Origin: Octopus vulgaris
Taxonomy: Eukaryota
DNA: 64,000 nucleotides
Direction: 5' to 3'
Assembly: GCA_951406725.2 (NCBI GenBank)
Contig: OX597821.1
Coordinates: forward strand, 6,324,001 to 6,388,000
Position numbers and translations under genes: made by a program. The notes under the pieces are model-generated. The model made no database searches and was not told the DNA's origin. It was given only the letters and a program-made list of their open reading frames with translations. This document shows positions 54,261-64,000 of the stretch, one piece after another. Each line of letters opens with the position of its first letter. Within the stretch, counting starts at the first letter, position 1.

Positions 54261-55329
54261 TCACAGACACTCTAAAGACTCTAGCAATTCATTACTTTAA
54301 TGCATATTATGTGATCCTTTAATCAACTGGACTATCAGGTGTTGTTATACATCACTAGTCACAATGTGCTTTGCGTCATTCTAGCTTTTGATTGATGCCA
54401 CCCTGCTGGCTAGGCAAGTAGGCCAACATTCCCACTGATCAGAAGGCTAGTCTGTCATCGGGGTCACTCATTTACAGCTGAGTGGACTGAAGCAACATGA
54501 AATGGAGTACCTTGCTCAAGGACATAACATGTAGCCAGTCTGGGAATTGAAATCATGAGTGTAACATGCCTAATGACTCGACCATGCATCTTCGCTAAAT
54601 ACATGTAATTATAATTAAAAACCAGTTTTTAGTTTTGGTAAACAAAGTACTTAATAATAGGGTATTGTTCTGTTTACATTCCTTACAAAGAAATAACATG
54701 AATTATATAAGAAATATTGATGTGCCAGATGGCGAGTCTTTTAATCCAATTTCAGCTTCTGAAATTCTTTGTTTAACACGGTTATATTTGTGGACAATTA
54801 TTGTTGAATTGTTTTACATTATTAATAGTGTATACCGTTGAAATTCTCACACACACACACACAGCTGTTATAACAATTCTACTAATTCTACTGTTGTTTC
54901 TACCCTTTCCTAGTTTTTTTCCATTCTATGTATTCTCTTTCCTCTCATTAACTTAATATATATGCTTTTACATTCCAAAAGCTACTATTTAGCTTTATAA
55001 TGGACAGTAATTGTTGTTAAGGTCTGCTTGGTTTAATGGTACAGAATGCTTAGCTGGTATCTGAAAGATACAGGGTTTGATTTTCTGTAGCCACTGCTGG
55101 CAACCTTTTTTTCTCCCTTCAAGGACAGAGGTTCTCAACCAATTTTTATTCATGAACCTCTTTGATTGCTATTTTATTCTGGTGGACCACTTAGCCATTC
55201 AATGTTTAAAAACTTGTGCCTTTGTTGATCAGTGTGATCCTGGGTCTGTTGAATTTGACTGGTCCTAGTTAAAGATTCTTCTGTATCAGAAGTGCATCAT
55301 GTGTGGTTCATGTATTCACATATTTTGTA

Positions 55330-55726
55330 CTAGCAGTATCACCCGGCGTTGCTCGGATTTGTAAGGGAAATAACTATATAAGCATTTTTAGAGATGTAAA
55401 GTATAATAGAATTCTCAATATGGCTAACCACAAATGGGAGGGGGGGTTACTGTAGCTTTTTATGTTCTGAGATTTAATAATAAATTTTTAGAGAGTTACT
55501 TCCCTTATATAATAGCAAAAAAATGCATTAAAAATGGGAAAAAATGATGGTAAATTTTTTTAAATCGTAGACTCATCATAGATGCGTGCTAATACCCAGA
55601 AGGGCTCGATATGAATCACGACTATAAGATACCCGCTTTTGGTTAAACTGCACCGCAAAATGTGGGAGTAGTTAGGAATCTAAATCGTAGGAGACAGACA
55701 CACAACTTCACTTTTATATATAAAGA
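55330..55726 (-). mobile_element. Non-autonomous Helitron, complete
   Basis: Minus strand A|TCtttatatataaaag ... hairpin ccgagcaacgccggg ... CTAG|T, no TSD. Confidence 0.9.
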
Positions 55727-55819
55727 TTTAATTTAAATCTGATTTCACCCTCCTATCCCTTTCTTGACCTTCATTTCTTATGTAAAACCCCGAGACAAAT
55801 CGTAAACTGTCTTTGCAAT

Positions 55820-56302
55820 CAGCAAACTGGCAGAAATGTTGGCACACCAGGCGAAATGCTTTGTTGTATTTCGTCTGTCTTAACATTCTGAGTTCAAATT
55901 CTGCCAAGGTTGACTTTGCCTTTCATCCTTTCATGGTTAATAAATTAAGTACCAGTTGTGTACTTGGGTCAATCTAATTGACTGGCCACCTCCTCCAAAA
56001 TTTCAGGCCTTGTGCCTAGAGTAGAAAAGAATGTCCTCATAATCTGATACCCTTGTGGCAAATAAAAAAAGTCACTAAGGCAGCAAGCTAGCAAAATTAT
56101 TCGCACACTGGGCAAGATGCTTAGCAGCATGTTGCCTGTCTGTATGTTCTGAGTTCAAATCCCACTGAAGTCAACTTTGCTTTTTATCCTTCCTGGATTG
56201 ATAAAATAAGTACCAGTTGAACACTGGTGTTGATGTAATTGACCTAATCCTTCCCTGAAATCGCTGGCTTTATGCCAAAATTTAAGACCAAATTATTATT
56301 GT

Positions 56303-56384
<82 letters not shown>

Positions 56385-56674
56385 ATTCCTCTGAGGTCGA
56401 CTTTACCTTTCATCCTTTCAGGGTCAATACAATAAGTAGAGTTGAACACTGGGGTCAATGAATTCAACTTACCCCTGAAATTTCAGGCCTTGTGCCTATA
56501 ATAGAAAAGAATATCACCACCATCTTATGTTCTGAGTTCAAATTCTGCCAAGGTCGATTTTGCCTTTCATCTTTTCAGAGTCAATAAATTAAGTACTGGT
56601 GAAACACAGAAGTCGATGAGATCAACTAGCTCCCTCTCCCAAATTTCAGACATAGTAGAAAGGATTACTATTAC

Positions 56675-56731
<57 letters not shown>

Positions 56732-56968
56732 TATTATTATCATTATTATTATTAAGGTGGTGAACCGGCAGAATTGTTAGCACGTTGGGCAAAATGCTTG
56801 GCAACATTTCATCTGTCTTCATGTTTTGAGTTCAAATTCCGCCAAGGTCAACTTTGCCTTTCACCCTTTCAGAGCCAATAAATTAAGTACCAGTGGAACA
56901 CTGGGGTTGATGTAATCGACTACTCCCCTCCCTCCAAATTTCAGGCCTTGTGCCTTTTGTAGTAAGAA
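55820..56968 (+). mobile_element. Cluster of five diverged family C SINEs separated by ATT tracts
   Basis: Copies at about 55820, 56078, 56386, 56526 and 56754. Confidence 0.85.
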
Positions 56969-58407
56969 TTATCATCATCATCATCATCATCATCATTATT
57001 ATTTAGGTCATCTTCAGACGAGTCCTCAAGTGCCACCATCCATTTTCGTCTTCTATACATCTTGTGAACCATCAATGGTTTTTGCTTCTAGATCTTTCTC
57101 TAGGACATCCACATATGTTGGCGTCGAACACCCTTTCTTTTGATGTCCATATGTTGGCTTCTGTAGTACCAGCTGGCTGCCTGGCTGCCTGGCTGCCTGG
57201 TTGGGAACTTCTGGAGTCTCTGATAGTCACTAGCCAGCCAGCCTCATTCCTCTGATTAGTATTTCCTCACTTTGGTAACCTTCTACCATAGATACATGTT
57301 AGTAACATGCTCTTTCTGCAGAGAGGAGGGTACGAGAGAGATAGGGAGAAAGAGAGAGGGAAGGAAAGAGAAAGAGAGAGAGGTGGGAAAGAGAGAAAGA
57401 GGAGAGAGGGGGAGGGAGACAGAACGTGTGAGAGAGAAAAGAACTTAAATATTAATACAGAACTGTACAGACATACATATACACATACATGCATGCACAC
57501 ACACTCACACAAGTACACAAACATGAACACACACACATTGACATATATACTTACGCACACATACACAAGTAAATGCACACACATATGTTCACACTTATAC
57601 ACATATACATACAAACATGTCTTTGCATATATTCACACACACATGTGTAGGTATACCCACACAAGTACACACAAACATGGTTTACATACTTACTCAAAAG
57701 TACAGGAACAGATACACATTAATTAATTAAGATTGATTGATTTTAAACTTCAATTTTCTCTGAAGTTAGGTTAATGAAATGATGTTGTTAGTCTTGTGAT
57801 GAAGAATTGGTAAATAATTTTAAGATAAAAATATTGGAAGCTGTTAGTTTTTAACCCTCTGAAAGACAACTGATTTGCTGTAGTTAATGTTTAACCCCCT
57901 TGTTAGCTGTTATCAAGCAAACTTATGATCAAAGGTGATCCAACCATGACTATCTTGTCTCCCTGTATATCTATCACAGTATTATCTAGGACTATACTAT
58001 TCTTTTTTAAAGATATTTTAAAGTCATTTGAGGAACATTTGACTGCTATTCCTAGCAAGTTGAACGACTACATAGTACAATAATTTCTGATGTGTGTGTA
58101 TGTTGTGAAATTGTCCATTGTGAGTCAGAATATTTTATCTCTGGTGTTTTTCCTATTTGCGAATTAAAATTAAAAATTGATTATTTATTTTGAGATATAT
58201 GCTTACTCACAAATGTGACATCAATTACACCTTTCTATTTAATGACTGATATTTAATTAAAAAATATTGTCTATTTATTGTTTGTCATCTCATTTTTTAG
58301 TGAAACAAATGCGTGACATCATCCTCAAAAGATTACAGACAAGTATCTAATATGATCTTCCATTTTTAAGACAGTAGACATTGCTGTGTGGGTGGTTATG
58401 AATTTTG

Positions 58408-58663
58408 GCCTCGTGCCGGTGGCACATAAAAAGCACCATCCGTTCGTGGCCGTTTGCCAGCTCCGTCTGGTACCTGTGCGGGTGGCACGTAAAAAGCACC
58501 TACTACACTCATGGCGTGGTTGGCGTTAGGAAGGGCATCCAGCCGTAGAAACACTGCCAGATTAGACTGGGCCTGATGCAGCCTTCTGGCTTCACAGACC
58601 CCAGTTGAACCGTCCAACCCATGCTAGCATGGAGAACGGACGCTAAATGATGATGATGATGAT
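58408..58663 (+). mobile_element. Family E RTE-type tail
   Basis: Reverse complement of 41633-41880. Confidence 0.85.
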
Positions 58664-58777
58664 GAACTTCATCATTTTCGATTTGCATCCACAATGTGGC
58701 ATCTTGGACTTGTATCTTCTTTGGTATCCATAGATTGTCAGAAGCTGTATGGAAGGCCAGGTGCACACGTAAACGTA

Positions 58778-58990
58778 TTCTTTTATTCTTTTACTTGTTT
58801 CAGTCATTTCACTGCAACCATGCTGGAGCACCACCTTCAGTTGAACAAATCTCCCCCTTGACCTATTCATTGTAAGCCTCGTACTTATCCTGTCAGTCTC
58901 TTTTGTTGAACCGCTAAGTTACGGGGATGCAAACACACCAACATTGGTTGTCAAGCGATGGAGGGGGTACAAACACAGACACACACACAA

Positions 58991-59032
<42 letters not shown>

Positions 59033-59193
59033 ATGGCTTCTTTCAGTTTCTGTCTACCAAATCCACTTGCAAGGCTTTGGTTGACCCAAGGCTATAGCAG
59101 GTGACACTTGCCAAAGGCGCAACACAGTGGGACTGAACCCAGAACCTGTGGTTGGGAAGCAAGATTCTTACCATACAACCATTTCTGCACCTA
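58778..59193 (-). mobile_element. SINE family A
   Basis: Full-length homology. Confidence 0.85.
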
Positions 59194-59400
59194 TGCATAT
59201 ATATACCATTAACACACGAAAAAAAAAAAACACCCAGTAGAATCTGTAAAGTGGCTGGCATTAGGAAGGGCATGCAACTGTCAGAACAAAGCCAAAACAG
59301 ATGACTGGAGCCTGGTGCAACTCTCTGGCTAACTGGTTCCTGTCAGGCCATCTAGCACATACCAGCATGGAAAACAGGCATCAAAGATGATGATGATGTA

Positions 59401-59434
<34 letters not shown>

Positions 59435-59455
59435 TGTACATACATGTGTATTAAT

Positions 59456-59790
59456 CTAAGTTGGTGTTCCATACATAATCATGGTTGTGATGCTTTTCAT
59501 TTTTGCCAGCTGCAATACTCTTGTGTGAAGTACATGAGACTGCCCTGAAATCTCCAGGATACCATGCAAGCATTGCTTGTAGAATCGCTCTTGATTGTTT
59601 GATATATCTGCAGTAGGTTGTCGAGGTCTTGCATCCATACAACAGCATAGTTAAGAAACATGCTTGATACACCTCAACATTCATTTCTTCTTTGATATCT
59701 GATTGTGGCCACAGCCTCAGTTCAAGCTTTCCAAATGCACCACAAGCCTTAGAAAATTCATAACTTACTTTCTCATCAAGTAGCATCATG
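59456..59790 (-). mobile_element. RTE LINE ORF fragment (region after the RT core)
   Basis: LLDEKVSYEFSKACGAFGKLELRLW..DIKEEMNVEVYQACFLTMLLYGCKT, then frameshifted ERFYKQCLHGILEISGQSHV. Confidence 0.85.
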
Positions 59791-60574
59791 AGTCAACTTC
59801 CACCATGTATATCAATGAATATGCAAAAATACATGCATGCACTCCACCACATGCCCGTCTGTGTATGTTATCGTGTGTTTTCACACTGGGATCACTTGGA
59901 CAATGGAGATGTTGTTTATCTCCCCCATAAACAATGTGGGACATACACAACTCAGCAATTTGACCACAAAAATGTGACATAAAACACCTTACTTGTAAAC
60001 AATTAAAATCTGGTGTCAGGAAGTGCAGCCAGCCATAAAACACAAGCCCCAGAAGACCTATTCTATCACAAACTAGCTTGAAAAACATGAAGATAAAAAC
60101 ATCACTGATGATGACAGAATGTGATTTGAGGGAGTTTTGTTTCTTATTTCTAGCAGGTCTAACATCTCTTAGTGTATATTTACAATATTTAATTAAAAAT
60201 TAAGTTTATTTATATGTTGTCTTAATTTTAGTGAAAGGAAAGCATACTGTCATCTTTAAAAGATCGAAAAAGCATTGGTATATAAGCTCTTTTGTTTGAT
60301 ATAATTGATTTTTTTTGATGTGGTAAATGGTTAATTTTCACAGTAAAATGCTTTGTTGCTGTTAATTGAATTGACCTTACTGTTATTTATTCATTATTCC
60401 ATCAACCCCTCAGAGGGATGAAAGACTATGTTGACCCCCTTCATGGGATTTGAAATAAGAATGTAGCAGGTTGAGTATTATCTTAACTCCTGCTAAGCAT
60501 TAAATTCTGCATTTCAACATTACTACAAATATTACCTGTCATTTTGTCGTCAAAACTAAGATTGAACTAGAATA

Positions 60575-61452
60575 CAAGGTGTGTTCATGAAGTATCAAAT
60601 GTCATTTTTTTCTGCCAAAGCTAAAGCCACGTGTGTAAAATCCTTTGGATAGGAAGTGATACCACCCTTCCGGTGCTTGTGTGAAAATTTTCATGTCTGT
60701 AGGTCATGTCAGTTCCTGGCTGTTATGCCCTAGAATAGATGTGTAGTGCATGCTTGTCAGGTTTTCATTGTCACTGAATGCATTAAGCAGAAATATTGCA
60801 TCAAGTTTTGCCAAAAGCTTGAGGATTCACAAGCTCAAATCATCCAGAAGATTCAGTAAGCCTTTGGCAATGATGTCATGGGCAAAACTCAGATCACAGA
60901 GTGGTACAACCACTTCAGTTATGGCTGCAACTCAGTGGAGAGCAATGCACGCTCAGGCAGGCCATCCACAAACTGAAACGAGGAACCAGTTGAGAAGGTC
61001 CAGCAAATAATCATGGAAGACCATTGTGTAACAATCCAGAAAATTGTTTTCAAAGTGGAAATAAGCACGGAATCAGTGCATTTCATTTAAACAGAAGATT
61101 AGTGCATGAGGAGAGTGTCAGCAAGAATCACCTCCAAGGTGCTGACAGAAGCAGAAGCAACTCCACATAGAAATCGCTCAGAACCTGCTGGATTGTGTAA
61201 ACCATGACCCACACTTCATGGAAACAATCATCCCTGGTGGTGAGATATGAGTTTATGGTCTCTGCTTGACCCGTTTGGTCATCTCATGTGAACATTTGTA
61301 ACGGCTGGGAAATGACATGGCCTAGTGGTGTGAACATTTTTACACATGCGCTGGAAGGATGACATCCCTTTCCATCAAAAGGGCTTCTTTGCCCAGGCAG
61401 CATTAGTTTTGGTGGGGAAAAATAAAGTTGAATACTTTTTGAATGCACCTTG
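60575..61452 (+). mobile_element. Internally deleted mariner with long TIRs
   Basis: TA-caaggtgtgttca ... tgaatgcaccttg; inverted homology about 150 bp; transposase N-terminus QKYCIKFCQKL..AFGNDVMGKTQITEWYNHF..SVESNARSGRPST, ending near the first catalytic motif. Confidence 0.85.
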
Positions 61453-61950
61453 CAGGTGAGTAAGTAAAAGTAGTTTATTCAAATTAAGTTTACTGAATGC
61501 CATTGCAATGGAAATTAGCTTCAATGTTAATTACTTTACCATTCCAAGATTTAATGCAACGATAAAAGCCTCAAGATTAAAAATTAATTCATGTATCAAG
61601 AACAAATATTGGTTTCCACATTGTTCTGAATAATTCCTTGAATGTTTAGGATATTAGTGAGTTGAGTGAAGCGAAGGAGATTCCAAGTGAAAATCAAAAC
61701 AGACATACATACATGCACACATTCATACAGACACAGATATGTGTGTATGTTTGTGTGTGTGTGTGTGTGTGCGCGTGTGTATTCAAAATTGAGGACATGA
61801 ACAGCTATATAGAAAACATGGTGTAAACAAGGTGTAATTATTAGCTTGACATTTAATGAGAGATTAAGAAAGTAGAAGTCAAAACAGTTCAAAACTTGAG
61901 CTCTTCAGAAAGTTTGATGGTTGGAAGACAGGAATGCATGCCAATCTGTC

Positions 61951-61996
<46 letters not shown>

Positions 61997-62001
61997 CCTC
62001 C

Positions 62002-62043
<42 letters not shown>

Positions 62044-62061
62044 TATTAATATTATTATTAT

Positions 62062-62699
62062 TCAGTAGTTTTATTTTTATTTTTATAGCGTGCTTTCACT
62101 TCACTACTGAGCGCAGCTCTGAGTGCCTTGGGTATGTGCTGTGATTTGTTGTGATGCTCTGATGGTTATTGTATGGAAAGTGTTCTGCGTAGGATGTGTG
62201 CAGTGCCTAGTAGTGCAATTTTCTGTATGTTATATGTGTTTGTAAGTCCTGGTGTTTTTGTTATGTATTTGTCTGAATATTTTTTTATCATGCCTAATGC
62301 ACCTACTATGATAGGAATTGTTTCTGTTTTCAGATTCCACATTCTAGTTACCTCTATTTCCAGGTCTTTGTATTTTGAGAGTTTCTCCATTTCTTTTAGA
62401 GACATGTTGTCATCTGCCGGTATTGATACATCAATTAGAAAGCATTTTTTTCCTTCATGATCTCTGACAACTATATCTGGCCTGTTGGCCTTAATTTCTC
62501 TATGTGTGTATCGGCATATCCCAGAGAATGGTTGCTTTCTCGTTTTCTGTGACCTTTTCTGGTGTGTGCCTATACCATCTTTTTTCTGTTGTTATTCCAT
62601 AATGTTGGCATAGCTTCCAATGTATGTAGGTTCCAACTCTCTCATGTCTGTGAATATATTCCTTCTTAGCCAGGACTGGGCAGCTAGAGATAATATGAT
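62062..62699 (-). mobile_element. R4/Dong-like LINE, 5'-truncated
   Basis: RPDIVVRDHEGKKCFLIDVSIPADDNMSLKEMEKLSKYKDLEIEVTRMW...IPIIVGALG; (TAA)n on both sides. Confidence 0.88.
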
Positions 62700-62718
62700 A
62701 ATATTATTATTATTATCA

Positions 62719-62788
<70 letters not shown>

Positions 62789-62947
62789 ATATATGTGTAT
62801 GTGGGTGCATTGGTGTATATGTATGTATGTTTGTATGTATGAATGTATATGTATATATATATATATAATATTAGGGAGTATAACTCCAGTAGTCTATCAC
62901 TGTTTGAGTTGCATAATAATGGTTTTATCTCTAATTTATATTTATAT

Positions 62948-62988
<41 letters not shown>

Positions 62989-63034
62989 CGTGTGTGTGTG
63001 CATGTGTGTGTGTGTGAGTGTGTGTATGTGTGTG

Positions 63035-63078
<44 letters not shown>

Positions 63079-63584
63079 CATAAATTTTTTAGGCTTGCAT
63101 CTTGGAGGAACTTCATAGGTGTAGAACTGGTTGTTGTCTCAAGAGACATACTTAAATCTTTATATAAATAAATAAATAAATTTAAACATTTCCCCTTTCT
63201 ATTTCATCAAGTTCTGCTCTACTATTTTATTGGTTTTTTATTTAAAAAAACACACTTTTTGTCATTATCTAAAAGCAATCATTGAAATATTTTCTCCCTT
63301 CTTATGCTTGTTCTAAGCCAAGCTACTTACCCACATCAGGTAAAAGTGGAAAAAGAAAATTAAAAAATATAAAAGAAAGACAAAAATGGAATTAGCAGGA
63401 AAAAACGTTAAGATGTAATTCCATCAGGCAAGATTTTAATTTGAAGGGATTGTTTTAGTTTTTGCTTTTAGTTGGTCCTTCTTTTTTTTTTTTTGGCCTG
63501 CTTCCTCAACTCCATAAATTATGGTATGGAACCATGGAACTAACAAAACAAATTAGCAATTCAACATACACGCGCACACGCATG

Positions 63585-63615
<31 letters not shown>

Positions 63616-64000
63616 ACACATACACACACACACACGCACACAGAAATCCGAATACTAACCCCCAATAAATATCATTCAACTCAATACCCCCAAGGGGAAG
63701 TTAATCTAAAAGAAGAACGGGCTAACACTTGCTTCCTTTAACAAAGGTGACTGTTTATGTGGGATTAAACAGCCGTAAATCTATCTAGCATTTTATGTTT
63801 AACATATCTTTACAAATAAGGCTTCAGTATTCCTCTAACGAATGCCAGCCACCACTGAAGCTCAACTAATGGCAGAATGGCAGCTAATTACAGACTCCCA
63901 ACAATTGGGGTGATTCTGTTGTGGTGCATTGTTCTTGTCATCAACATGGTCCTCCTCCGATTCACTTCTCACCCTCTCCTCCCTTCCCCTTCTCTGCCTT

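Noticed and set aside
63319-63340. 22-nt exon candidate (ttgttctaag|...CAG|gtaaaa)
   Set aside because: Moderate splice signals, all frames open, no independent support

Overview
AT-rich, repeat-dominated metazoan DNA. The SINE families (tRNA-headed, CORE-, Meta- and Ceph-domain-like) and extreme CA/TA/AAT/GAT microsatellite load point to a coleoid cephalopod, probably Octopus (recognition from memory, not a search result). Almost all ORFs in the track are microsatellite artefacts and no host gene can be named. Supportable features: the 3' end of a Penelope-like element (PLE, GIY-YIG C-terminus) and several PLE-type minimal hammerhead ribozymes; 5'-truncated R4/Dong-like LINEs sitting in (TAA)n tracts; RTE, CR1/L2-like and Gypsy relics; mariner, piggyBac-like, Helitron and Helentron non-autonomous elements; a tandem SINE array whose units are separated by a 16-bp target-site-like repeat; and several palindromes. 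A tentative chain of small + strand exons (including a 6-nt microexon and two paralogous terminal-exon candidates ending in class I PDZ-type motifs) suggests the window may lie within the large introns of a gene; this needs RNA evidence. I see no clearly new biological system, only the leads listed.
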